A stretch of 60,909 bases of DNA from Spirochaetales bacterium (GTDB taxonomy: Bacteria; Spirochaetota; Spirochaetia; DSM-27196; SKKC01), in assembly GCA_007135605.1 (NCBI GenBank), contig SLIN01000075.1, forward strand, positions 1 to 60,909, read 5' to 3'. Position 1 is the stretch's first letter. Each line of letters begins with the position of its first letter. This document shows positions 41,885-51,568 of the stretch, one piece after another. The position numbers and the translations under genes are program-made. The notes beneath the pieces were generated by a model, which ran no database searches, was not told where the DNA came from, and saw only the letters and a program-made list of their open reading frames with translations.

Positions 41885-43156
41885 TCAGCCGCCCTCAAGC
41901 GCCCAGCCGCGGGCGAGGTGGATCACGAGCTCGGCCGACCGGGCGAGCGCCGGCGTCGGCACCCACTCGTAACGGGAATGCATATTGTGCTGTCCCGAGC
42001 TCACATTCGGCGTCGGGATACCCATCTCGGTAAGGCGCGAACCGTCGGTACCGCCGCGAATCGCATGACGAGTCGGCTCGATGCCGGTGGCACGCATCGC
42101 CTCCTCGAGCTTTCGCATGACCCCCGGCTCACTCGAGATCCGCTCGAACATATTCGAGTACTGCTTTCGACTCTCGGTTGCGACCTTCCCGCCCGGGAAT
42201 GCGGCCTCGACTGCTCGAGCAAACTGGTCGAGAGCGGCGACACGCCGCTTCGCGATCTCGTCGTCGTGATCGCGGATAAAGACATCAAGCGTAGCCGACT
42301 CCAACCCACCCCGAATCTCCAGCGGGCAGTAGTAGCCGTAATAGCCGTCGGTAGCCTCCGGACTCTCCGATCGCGGAAGCAGGCCGATGAACGCGGCGGC
42401 CATCGATACGGCGTTCACCAGCTTCCCGCGCGCATAGCCGAGATGAATCGCCGTGCCGGTAAAGGAGACGTTCACGTGGTAGGCATTGAAGCACTCCGCC
42501 TCCACGAGTCCTTCCGCCTGTCCGTCGAGTGTGTAGCAGGCGACACTGTGCAGCTTCTCCTTCGGGAAGCGGTTCATACCGAGCCCGGTCTCCTCGTCGG
42601 GAGTAAAGATAATCTCAAGCTCGCCATGTGATATCTCCGGATGCTCGACGAGATAGGCGACCGCAGCCATGATTTCCGCGACCCCCGCCTTGTCGTCACC
42701 ACCGAGAAGCGTCGACCCGTCGCTGGTGATAACCGTCTGCCCGCGGTATTCGAGCAGCTCCGGATAGTCGGCCGGATCGAGCGTATATCCGGCCGGCAGC
42801 TCGATCGGCCGGCCGTCGTACCGGTCGTATACCTGCGGTCTCACCCCCTCGCCGCTGACGTCGGAGGCGGTATCCACGTGTGCCATCAACCCGATCGCCG
42901 GCGCCGACTTGTACCCTTCGCTCGCAGGCAGCCGTGCGATCAGGTAACAGCATTCATCGAGCTCGACATCGGTAATTCCGAGCTCCCGCAACTCCCGCTC
43001 GAGATGCCGGGCGAGCTCCCACTGGCCGGGGGTGGAGGGCGTATCCGGGCTCTGCCGGTCGCTCGTCGTCGGCACCCGCACGTACCTGAGAAAACGCTCG
43101 GTTGCATCGCGTTCGAGCGCGGTTCGATCGATAGAAAGCTCAACGGACTTCGCCAT
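41885..43156 (-). CDS. pepT: Peptidase T (tripeptide aminopeptidase, M20B).
   Basis: M20 metal-binding blocks (..GLMAHVDT.., ..GGDDKAGVAEIMAA.., ..IFTPDEETG..). Start probably MAKSVELS (43156) or 43165, not the track's 43246. Confidence 0.8.
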   Translation of the reverse strand: MAKSVELSIDRTALERDATERFLRYVRVPTTSDRQSPDTPSTPGQWELARHLERELRELGITDVELDECCYLIARLPASEGYKSAPAIGLMAHVDTASDVSGEGVRPQVYDRYDGRPIELPAGYTLDPADYPELLEYRGQTVITSDGSTLLGGDDKAGVAEIMAAVAYLVEHPEISHGELEIIFTPDEETGLGMNRFPKEKLHSVACYTLDGQAEGLVEAECFNAYHVNVSFTGTAIHLGYARGKLVNAVSMAAAFIGLLPRSESPEATDGYYGYYCPLEIRGGLESATLDVFIRDHDDEIAKRRVAALDQFARAVEAAFPGGKVATESRKQYSNMFERISSEPGVMRKLEEAMRATGIEPTRHAIRGGTDGSRLTEMGIPTPNVSSGQHNMHSRYEWVPTPALARSAELVIHLARGWALEGG

Positions 43157-43347
43157 ACACGCCATCGTACCCCGACGTTGCCCCTCGCGCATAGCCGATA
43201 GTACCATGCCGTAATTGAATATTGGGACTGCCACGTGCATATTCATAGCAAACGCGCCGCATGCCCACGCACGGGTTTACGCCGAATATTCAATTCCGGA
43301 GTGAAGTCCGACAAGCTCATAGGTGCGGCCTCACAGGTGCGGAACCA

Positions 43348-46300
43348 ATGGCAATGAACGAGCTCAAGAGATCCATCCTCGAACACGCGCCGGCCGCATA
43401 TCGCAGCGATTTCGAAGAACGCGAGATCGATGAGCATATCGTCGCGATCCGCTCGCTCTCGTTCGAGAAACCGTATGTTCTCAGTCTCACCGGCGACCCC
43501 GCTTCGTGTAGCGTCACCGTGGTCAGCCACGATCGCCGCGGCCTTTTCAGTATGATCACCGGATTGCTTTCATCGGCGGGCCTTTCGATCGTTCGGGGCG
43601 AGGTATACACGCTTCAGATCGACGCCTCGCTCCTCGACACCGGCAATAGCGTACCTCGAGGCGGCGGTAGAAAGCCGGGTCCCTTCGGACGTGCGCGACT
43701 CGGGCGCCGCCCGTCCGCCGGTGGCGGGGCCGCTACCGGCGGGACACCGGAGCCGCCCACCGGGATGAAGGTGATCGTCGACCGGTTCACCGGCTCGCTC
43801 ACCCCCGACCGCGGGTGGGATGAGTTCGCATCCCGGCTCGAGGCTTCGTTCCGCCGGCTGTATGAGACGCTCGCCGAAAACGGCAATGAGGCCGGACGGC
43901 GACTCGTTGCTGAGGAAGTCGCCGCGCGAATCGCCGAGCTGCCGCCGAGCGAGGGGCAGACTCTTGCTCCGATTCACATCGAGGAGATGACCGGTGCGGG
44001 ATCGATTACACGATTCTCGATCCGGACCGCCGACACCCCGTTTTTCCTGTACAGTTTCAGCCACGCGTTGAGCCTGCACAATACCTCGATCGAGCGAGTG
44101 GATATACAGACGGTCGGCACCGAAATACGCGATTTCTTCGATGTCGTGGGACCGAGCGGCGCTCCGATCCGCGATCGCGTGCGACTCGACCGCATTCGGC
44201 TCAGCATCCTCCTGACCAAACAGTTCACCTTTGTGCTCGACCGTGCACCCGACCCGTACGCGGCGATGGAACGATTCGACCGGCTGATTCAGGACCTCGG
44301 CGAAACCGAAGCGGCACCCGACCTTCGCAGGCTGTTGTCCGACCGGGATATGCAGCGCGAACTGGCGGTTCTCCTCGGGGCGAGCGACTTCATCTGGGAG
44401 GACTTCGTGCGGCAGCAGCGGGAGAACCTCCTGCCGATGCTCGAGCAGATCGAGGAACACCGCCTGCTTTCGTTCGAAGCCGAGGAGATGGAAGATCGCC
44501 TCGCTGAGGCGATGGCGAACGCCGCAGCGCCCGACTCCGCAACGGACGCGGCCGGGGACGCCGCCGATCCGGTCGCCGCACGGGTGGAGGCGCTCAACGC
44601 CTTTAAAGATCGACAGAGCTTTCTCATCGACCTCGACCACATGCTCTCGCCCGACATCGATTTTTTCTTTCTCAGCAGGCGTCTGACCGCTCTCGCCGAG
44701 GCGGTCGTTCGAGCGGCACTCTCGCTCGCCTGGGAGAAGACAACCGCCCGCTTCGGTACACCGCGGACCGCAGCCGGGCTGCCGGCGCGCTACGCCACCT
44801 TCGGCCTCGGCAAACTCGGCGGGTCCGCTCTCGGCTACGCCTCCGACATCGAGCTGCTCTTCGTCTATAGCGATTCGGGCTCGACCGACGGGCCGGAGAA
44901 GATCCGGAACGCAGAGTTCTTCGAGTATCTCTTCCGTACCGCGACGGCATTCATTCGGGCACGCCGCGAAGGCATTTTCCAGACCGACCTGCGCCTGCGC
45001 CCTTACGGCGAAGACGGCCCCCTCGCCTGCACGCTCGAGCGCTTCGTCGAGTACTACACCGCCGACGGGCCGGCCCACGCGGTCGAACGACTGGCGCTGG
45101 TGCGGCTGCGACAGATCGACGGCGACAGCGAGCTCGGCCGCCGTGTGGTCCGAATCCGCGACGAGATCCTCTATCAGCGCGACAGCATACGCATTGCCGC
45201 AGTACGCGAGCTGCGCCGCACCCAGCTCGAGGGAAAACTCGACGGCGGCAGGCTCAACGCGAAGTTCACTCCCGGAGGTCTGGTCGACGTCGAGTACAAC
45301 GTCCAGATTCTTCAGATCGGACGCGGCAGGCACAATCCGGCACTGCGCTGTCCCGGCATCCACGACGCGCTCGAGGCGCTGCGCGACGAAGGAACCATCG
45401 AGCCTGACGAGGCCGATGCGATGATCGCCGCGTACCGTTTTCTGCGTCGGCTCATCAACGGACTGCGCATGCTGCGCGGCAACGCCCAGGACCTCTTCAT
45501 GCCGCCGTTCGACAGTACCGAATGCGCCCATCTCGCCCGTCGCATCGGATACCGCCGGGGAGAAGATCTCTCCGAAGCGCAGCAGCTGAAGCTCGACTTC
45601 GAGACCCACACCGCGTTCGTGCGAGCGTTCGTAGAGCGCCACCTCGGCGCCGACGCGATTCCCGGCGAGGTCGAAGGAGGCCCCGCCGATCTCGTGCTCT
45701 CCGGGTCGCTTTCCGCATCGCGGCGCAATGCGATTCTCGAGCGAGTCGGCGTACGAGACCCGGAGCGTTCGTTCGCTAACATCTCCGAGATCCAACGAAT
45801 TGTCGCCGATGACGCGCGTTTTTCACGCGTCTTGATTCTCGTGTGGGATCCGCTCGCACGCGTGCCGGACGCCGACATGGCGCTGAACAACTGGGAGCGC
45901 TTCGTGCGCTCGTGTCCGCATCCCGAAGGGCATCTCTCCGATATACTCGAACAGCCGGAGCGGTTGGAAATCCTTTTCACCATATTCTCCGGCAGCCAGT
46001 TTCTCTCCGATACGCTGGCCTCCGATCCGGACGTATTTGCCTGGATCACGGAGCCGGAGACGGTCGAGCGGACATATTCCGACGGCGAGCTCGCCCGCGA
46101 GCTGAGGGCCGGTTGGCAGCGTGTGCGTGCCCGCGACCGGGATGCCTGGCTTGCGGTACTCAGACGATTTCGGAAGCGGCACATTCTACGCATCGGTACG
46201 CGCGATATCTGCCTCGGCGAAGCATTGCCGGTTGTAACCGCCGAGATCAGCAGCCTCGCGCGCGCGGTCGTACGCGTCGGGCTCGAGGCGGTATGGGCGC

Positions 46301-47364
46301 GGGAGGTATGGCGCTGGTCCCAACAACCGCGTGTCAAAGCGGCCCCGGACGAGGGTCACGAAGGTCCGGAGAAGCTGAGCGATGCGCCGGGCGGCACGAC
46401 AGGAGCGGGAGAGTCACCCGACGCGGCGGTACCTCCGAGGATACGCCGTTCGCTCGCGGCAAGCGCAGTGCGGCTTACCATTCTCGCTTTCGGGAAGCTC
46501 GGCGGCGACGAGTTGAACTACAGCTCCGACATCGATCTGCTGGCGGTCTTTGAGCCGGAAGGGGTATCCGGCGAGACGGCGACCTATACCGAAGTCGTTC
46601 GCTCGCTGATTCGCGATCTTACCGAGTTTACCACCGAGGGACAGTGCTATCGGGTCGACATGCGATTGCGGCCGCACGGGATCGCGGGAGCGCTGGTACT
46701 CCCCGCCGAGCGGGCCCTGGAGTACTACCGTGCGGAAGCACAGCTGTGGGAGAAGCAGGCGCTGCTGAAGTTGAGCCCGGTCGCCGGCTCGCGGCCGGTC
46801 GGCAGGCGCTTTATGTCCGGCATACGGGAACTCTTTGCGACACCGGTCTCCCCGTCGGATGCCCGTGCCGGCATCGCGCACCTTCGCCGGCTTGCGATCG
46901 AGCAATCGGCGAACACCACCGTGGCGACACTCTCATCGGCAGGACGTGCGAAGAGTACAAACGAGGTCATGGGAACGCGCGATATCAAGAACGACGAAGG
47001 CGGAATACGCGATATAGAGTTCGGTGTGCAGCTCCTGCAACTGGGTAACGTGCACGAAGATGAAAGGCTGTTGACCGGTAACACGATCTTGGCACTCTCC
47101 GCGCTCGAAGAGACGGGGTTGATCGAACACGAACAGGCCGAACAGTTGCGCGGCGACTATATAATCCTTCGCAAGATCGAGCACTTCCTGCAGTTGTACG
47201 GCGATCGCCGGCTGCACGCGCTTCCAACCGACGAAATCGCCCGATCGCGGATGGCACACACCGTGGGAATCGCGGACAGCGGAGCGGAGTTCTTCGAGCG
47301 GCTTTCCGAATGCATGCGTCGAACCCGCGAGTTCTATCGCGCGCTCATCATCAATCCATTATAA
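43348..47364 (+). CDS. glnE: Glutamine synthetase adenylyltransferase/adenylyl-removing enzyme GlnE, with two extra N-terminal ACT domains.
   Basis: Two GlnE nucleotidyltransferase domains (..TFGLGKLGGSALGYASDIELLFVY.. and ..ILAFGKLGGDELNYSSDIDLLAVFE..) are preceded by about 330 aa containing two ACT-like folds (..VTVVSHDRRGLFSMITGLLSSAGLSIVRGEV.. and ..FSIRTADTPFFLYSFSHALSLHNTSIERVDIQT..). Start taken at MAMNELK. The antisense 741-aa ORF 43570..45795 is a shadow. Confidence 0.85.
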   Translation: MAMNELKRSILEHAPAAYRSDFEEREIDEHIVAIRSLSFEKPYVLSLTGDPASCSVTVVSHDRRGLFSMITGLLSSAGLSIVRGEVYTLQIDASLLDTGNSVPRGGGRKPGPFGRARLGRRPSAGGGAATGGTPEPPTGMKVIVDRFTGSLTPDRGWDEFASRLEASFRRLYETLAENGNEAGRRLVAEEVAARIAELPPSEGQTLAPIHIEEMTGAGSITRFSIRTADTPFFLYSFSHALSLHNTSIERVDIQTVGTEIRDFFDVVGPSGAPIRDRVRLDRIRLSILLTKQFTFVLDRAPDPYAAMERFDRLIQDLGETEAAPDLRRLLSDRDMQRELAVLLGASDFIWEDFVRQQRENLLPMLEQIEEHRLLSFEAEEMEDRLAEAMANAAAPDSATDAAGDAADPVAARVEALNAFKDRQSFLIDLDHMLSPDIDFFFLSRRLTALAEAVVRAALSLAWEKTTARFGTPRTAAGLPARYATFGLGKLGGSALGYASDIELLFVYSDSGSTDGPEKIRNAEFFEYLFRTATAFIRARREGIFQTDLRLRPYGEDGPLACTLERFVEYYTADGPAHAVERLALVRLRQIDGDSELGRRVVRIRDEILYQRDSIRIAAVRELRRTQLEGKLDGGRLNAKFTPGGLVDVEYNVQILQIGRGRHNPALRCPGIHDALEALRDEGTIEPDEADAMIAAYRFLRRLINGLRMLRGNAQDLFMPPFDSTECAHLARRIGYRRGEDLSEAQQLKLDFETHTAFVRAFVERHLGADAIPGEVEGGPADLVLSGSLSASRRNAILERVGVRDPERSFANISEIQRIVADDARFSRVLILVWDPLARVPDADMALNNWERFVRSCPHPEGHLSDILEQPERLEILFTIFSGSQFLSDTLASDPDVFAWITEPETVERTYSDGELARELRAGWQRVRARDRDAWLAVLRRFRKRHILRIGTRDICLGEALPVVTAEISSLARAVVRVGLEAVWAREVWRWSQQPRVKAAPDEGHEGPEKLSDAPGGTTGAGESPDAAVPPRIRRSLAASAVRLTILAFGKLGGDELNYSSDIDLLAVFEPEGVSGETATYTEVVRSLIRDLTEFTTEGQCYRVDMRLRPHGIAGALVLPAERALEYYRAEAQLWEKQALLKLSPVAGSRPVGRRFMSGIRELFATPVSPSDARAGIAHLRRLAIEQSANTTVATLSSAGRAKSTNEVMGTRDIKNDEGGIRDIEFGVQLLQLGNVHEDERLLTGNTILALSALEETGLIEHEQAEQLRGDYIILRKIEHFLQLYGDRRLHALPTDEIARSRMAHTVGIADSGAEFFERLSECMRRTREFYRALIINPL

Positions 47365-47572
47365 CACGGTTCATGAACCTACATTTATGTAGGAACCATG
47401 ACGACAGGCAACAAAAATGTTCCATTTTTTTGTCAAACCTACTTTTCTTTCTGATTCGAGTGTGCTACGTTCCGCATAAAGATTCTATAAATATGTCGTT
47501 CGGTTGCATGTGCCGCCGCCGCGGCATGCGGAGGATCGACGACAAGATCCAATTCTGCAGGAGGATGTGAGA

Positions 47573-48994
47573 ATGAGTGAGAAGACTCCGAAGGAGATTC
47601 TGAGCTTAATGGAAAAGGAGAAGGTCCAGGTCGTCGACCTTCGCTTCATGGACTTCCCGGGTATCTGGCAGCACTTCAGCATTCCGGCGCACGAGCTCGA
47701 CGAGGATACGTTCCGTGACGGAATGGGATTCGACGGATCGAGCATTCGCGGCTGGCAGGCAATCAACGAAAGCGACATGATCGTCAAGCCGGTTCCCGAC
47801 AGTGCGTTCATCGACCCGTACATGACCGCCCGCACGCTCGTTATGACATGCGATATCTGCGATCCGGTCACCGGCGAAGACTATACGCGCGACCCGCGCA
47901 GCGTCGCCCGCAAGGCGGAGACCTATCTGAAATCGACCGGAATCGGCGATACCGCCTTCTTCGGCCCGGAGGCGGAGTTCTTCGTCTTCGACGATATCCG
48001 TTACGACCAGAACGAGCACTGCGGCTACTACTTCGTCGATTCGGTCGAAGGGCGGTGGAACTCCGGACGGGTCGAGGAGCCGAACCTCGGAAACAAGCTT
48101 CGATACAAGGAAGGCTACTTTCCGTGTCCTCCGGCCGACAGCCTGCAGAACCTTCGCAGCGAGATGATGCTCACCCTCGAGTCGCTCGGCGTGGCGGTCG
48201 AGGCGCAACACCACGAAGTGGCTACCGGCGGCCAGTGCGAGATCGACATGCGCTTTGCCCCGCTCGTACAGATGGCGGACAACCTGTTGAAGTACAAGTA
48301 CGTCATCAAGAACACCGCCCGCGCACACAACAAGGTGGTCACATTCATGCCGAAGCCGCTGTGGAACGACAACGGAAGCGGCATGCACATTCACATGTCG
48401 TTCTGGAAGGATGGAAAGAACCAGTTCTATGGTGATGGGTACGCGGGCCTTTCGCAGACCGCCCTCTACGCAATCGGCGGTCTGCTCAAGCACGCACCGA
48501 GCGTACTCGCGTTCAGCAACCCGACCACCAACAGCTACAAGCGGCTCGTACCCGGCTTCGAGGCTCCCGTGAATCTCGCCTACTCCAGCCGAAACCGCTC
48601 GGCGGCGGTGCGCATTCCGATGTACAGCCAGAGCGAGAAAGCAAAGCGCTTCGAGTTCCGCTGCCCCGATCCGAGCGGCAACGCGTACCTCACCTTCAGT
48701 GCAATGCTCATGGCCGCGGTCGACGGAATCCAGAACAAGATCGATCCCGGTGAGCCCCTCGACAAGAACATCTACGATCTGCCGCCGGCAGAAGCGGCGC
48801 AGGTACCGAAAACGCCGGGCAGCCTCCGCGAGGCGCTCGAGCACCTCGCCGTCGACCACGAGTTCTTGCTGAAAGGAGATGTTTTCACCAAGGATGTGGT
48901 GGAGACGTGGATCGAGTACAAGCACGACAACGAGGTCATGGAGGTGGATACGCGGCCGCATCCGTACGAGTTCGCGCTTTACCAGGACATATAG
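47573..48994 (+). CDS. glnA: Glutamine synthetase type I.
   Basis: Full-length GSI conservation, including the adenylylation-site region (..NLYDLP..). GGAGGA SD lies 8 nt upstream of ATG 47573. Confidence 0.95.
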   Translation: MSEKTPKEILSLMEKEKVQVVDLRFMDFPGIWQHFSIPAHELDEDTFRDGMGFDGSSIRGWQAINESDMIVKPVPDSAFIDPYMTARTLVMTCDICDPVTGEDYTRDPRSVARKAETYLKSTGIGDTAFFGPEAEFFVFDDIRYDQNEHCGYYFVDSVEGRWNSGRVEEPNLGNKLRYKEGYFPCPPADSLQNLRSEMMLTLESLGVAVEAQHHEVATGGQCEIDMRFAPLVQMADNLLKYKYVIKNTARAHNKVVTFMPKPLWNDNGSGMHIHMSFWKDGKNQFYGDGYAGLSQTALYAIGGLLKHAPSVLAFSNPTTNSYKRLVPGFEAPVNLAYSSRNRSAAVRIPMYSQSEKAKRFEFRCPDPSGNAYLTFSAMLMAAVDGIQNKIDPGEPLDKNIYDLPPAEAAQVPKTPGSLREALEHLAVDHEFLLKGDVFTKDVVETWIEYKHDNEVMEVDTRPHPYEFALYQDI

Positions 48995-49122
48995 ACGGCA
49001 CTCCGTCGTACCATACAATCGCCGCCGCGCCGGTTTTCCGGCGAGGCGGCGATGAGTAGTGCCGGTACCACTTTCGATTCCGGCGAGCATGTCGAGACAT
49101 CTCCAGCCGCCGTGCGCCAACC

Positions 49123-50382
49123 CTACGTTCGTCGGAGCCGCGGCAGAGAAAAGCGCACTACGGTTCCCTCCCCCGACCGGCTTTCGGCGGCGATGCGACC
49201 GCCCTGCGCTTCGACGAAGTACCGGGAAATCGTCAAACCGATGCCCGCCCCGTCGTCGTCCGACCGCGACCGCGCGGCGTCCGCACGATAGAAACGTTCG
49301 AAGATGTGCGGAATCGCCTCCGGAGCGATGCCTTCACCGCTGTCGCGTATCTCGACGACTACGTACGGTAGCTCCGCCACCGGCGGGTCGGGCGACACCC
49401 CGGGGGAGCCAAGCGGCTCACCATGTGTGGCTTCCGCGGTCGCTGACGGGGTACCGATCGGATCGCGACCGGCCACTTCGGCGCCGGTGCTGTATGCGGT
49501 CCGTACGACCACTTCGCCGCCCGGCGGCGTGTGCCGAAGCGCATTCCGGACGATATTCGACAGCACCTGAACGGTTCGGTCCGGGTCGGCGAACACCACA
49601 TCGTCGCTCGCCGCCGCGCCGCGCGCCGCCGGCACGTGAAGCCGGACGCCCTTCTCGGCGAACGCCTTACCCTGGTCGGCTTCGAGCTGGATGAAGAGTG
49701 TCGAGAGGCGGGTTTCCCGAGGATGGACTTCCTGCACTCCGGCCTCGACCCGAGATATCAGCGAGAGATCGTCCACGAGTCGTCCGAGACGCGAGATCTG
49801 GCGCGAGCACGATTCGAGGGTTTCCGGACCGGCTTCAAAGGCCCCATCCTGCAACCCTTCCACATAGCCGCGAAGACTTGAGAGCGGAGTGCGGAACTCG
49901 TGAGCGACCGTCGCAACAAGTGACCGCCGCCGCTCTTCGACCCGCTCGAGTTCGGCGGCCATCCTGTTAAACGCCGCGGCCAGCTCGCCGACCTCACCGG
50001 GAGAGGACTCGTCGAGCCGTTCCCCGTAGTTCCCCTCGGCGATACGCCCGCTCGCCCGCTCCATGCTTCGAAGCGGATCGCTGAGGCGCCGGCTGAGAAG
50101 CAAGCTCACACCCCCTGCGACCGCGAGCGCTACTCCGAGCCCGAGCAGGAGCGCTCGCTGCATCGCCCGCCGGTATGCGGAATCGAGTAGCTCGACCATC
50201 TGTTCCTGCACCCTCATCGACATGCCGCCCATTCCCTGCATCCCGTGCATGGCCGGCCCGCGGTGCATCTCGATAAAGCGCGGAGCCGCCGCCTCACTCG
50301 CAAGAAACAGAACGATTCCGGCGATCACGAGCACCAGGACGTAGGAGAAGAAGAGACGGACCGAAATACCGGGGCCTCTCAT
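49123..50382 (-). CDS. Sensor histidine kinase (2 TM helices, HAMP, HisKA, HATPase_c) with a roughly 35-aa Met-rich periplasmic loop.
   Basis: H-box ..VAHEFRTPLSSL.., N/G boxes present. Start taken at MRGPGISVRLFF (50382), which has a GGGAGG SD. The track's start is TTG at 50454. Periplasmic loop ..HRGPAMHGMQGMGGMSMRVQEQM.. Confidence 0.85.
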   Translation of the reverse strand: MRGPGISVRLFFSYVLVLVIAGIVLFLASEAAAPRFIEMHRGPAMHGMQGMGGMSMRVQEQMVELLDSAYRRAMQRALLLGLGVALAVAGGVSLLLSRRLSDPLRSMERASGRIAEGNYGERLDESSPGEVGELAAAFNRMAAELERVEERRRSLVATVAHEFRTPLSSLRGYVEGLQDGAFEAGPETLESCSRQISRLGRLVDDLSLISRVEAGVQEVHPRETRLSTLFIQLEADQGKAFAEKGVRLHVPAARGAAASDDVVFADPDRTVQVLSNIVRNALRHTPPGGEVVVRTAYSTGAEVAGRDPIGTPSATAEATHGEPLGSPGVSPDPPVAELPYVVVEIRDSGEGIAPEAIPHIFERFYRADAARSRSDDDGAGIGLTISRYFVEAQGGRIAAESRSGEGTVVRFSLPRLRRT

Positions 50383-50450
50383 ACGCCCGCCTCCCACTGC
50401 AGCGCTCCGGCTTTGGTCGGTTCCGTCGCGACCCGACACTCGTCCGCCCA

Positions 50451-51323
50451 TCAATCGTCCTCCTCGACGGCGAAGCGATAGCCCACACCCCGCACCGTCT
50501 CAATGTACGCCGGATGGTGAACCGGCCGATCGCCGCCGGCGACGCCCGCGGCGGAATCTTCTCCCGCACTGGGGAAATCTTCGTCACCGGCGCCCACCCC
50601 CGCGGCGGGGCGATCTTCCGTGCCGGGGTCTTCCCCCGCCCCCGCGGCAAGTTTTGCGCGCAGGTTCGACACGTGCACGTCGACCACCCGGTCGACTCCG
50701 ACGTAGTCCTCGCCCCAGATCCTCGAAAGCAACTCGTCACGCGTAAACACGCGCTTCGGCGAGCGCGCGAGCACCAGCAGAAGCTCGAACTCCCGCGTCG
50801 TCAGGTCGATTTCCCGGTCATCGAGATGGACCAGCCGCGTTTCCGAGTCGATGTGAAGCGCCCCGAAGCGCAGCGGCCGCGTTCCCGGTTGCCCGCCCTC
50901 ACCGACCGATTCCCGGCCGCCGGACGCGCCGGCGCGGTCATCCGTCGGGACCACCGCGGCCCTGCTCATCACCGCCTTCACTCGGGCAACGAGCTCGCGA
51001 GGGCTGAACGGTTTCACCACATAGTCGTCGACTCCGTACTCGAAGCCGGTCAGCCGGTCCTCCTCTTCTCCCTTCGCCGTGAGCATAATGACCGGTATCG
51101 CACGCCTGGCGCGGAGCCGCTTCATGAACGCCGGCCCGGCGGTTCCCGGGAGCATCCAGTCGAGGATGATCAGGTCGGGGCGCCGGCTGCCTTCCAGCGC
51201 CTCGTACAAGCCGGCCGTTCCGTCGCCGACCGTCCGCACCGCGTAGCCGACGCGCTCCAGATAGACCCGAACCACGCGCGCGATATCCTCATCATCCTCG
51301 ACTACCAGCACGAACCGCTCCAT
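50451..51323 (-). CDS. OmpR-family response regulator with low-complexity insertions in the linker and inside the winged-helix domain.
   Basis: Receiver ..VLVVEDDEDIARVV..ILDWMLPG.., wHTH ..RVFTRDELLSRIWG..VDVHVSNLRAKL[43-aa insert]..IETVRGVGYRF. ATG at 51321..51323. Confidence 0.85.
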   Translation of the reverse strand: MERFVLVVEDDEDIARVVRVYLERVGYAVRTVGDGTAGLYEALEGSRRPDLIILDWMLPGTAGPAFMKRLRARRAIPVIMLTAKGEEEDRLTGFEYGVDDYVVKPFSPRELVARVKAVMSRAAVVPTDDRAGASGGRESVGEGGQPGTRPLRFGALHIDSETRLVHLDDREIDLTTREFELLLVLARSPKRVFTRDELLSRIWGEDYVGVDRVVDVHVSNLRAKLAAGAGEDPGTEDRPAAGVGAGDEDFPSAGEDSAAGVAGGDRPVHHPAYIETVRGVGYRFAVEEDD

Positions 51324-51568
51324 ACACCGCATTCTATCACCGCTGAATGTTAAGCAGCGATAAAGGCGTGTTCGGGATGGAATCTCGCTCTCTGACCGCC
51401 CCAAGCCGGGCAGCAAACTCCCGATCGCGGGCGAGCCCTGCCGGGCACAATTGCCACGGTTGCAGTTGATCGGGCGACATCACCTCATTTGTCGGTTTAC
51501 CGCATGCCGCGCACGCGATATTCTGCACCTCCTGTGGTACACTGCGGGAGTATGCAGGAGGAGATGGT

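Noticed and set aside
43570-45795. 741-aa ORF on the minus strand
   Set aside because: It lies entirely antisense to glnE and has Arg/Ala/Gly-rich composition with no homology. This is a typical high-GC shadow ORF.
51324-51568. Sigma-54-like GGCAC...TTGCA elements (ggcacaattgccacggttgcag) in the divergent promoter region
   Set aside because: Spacing between the GG and GC dinucleotides does not fit the -24/-12 consensus (TGGCAC-N5-TTGCW).
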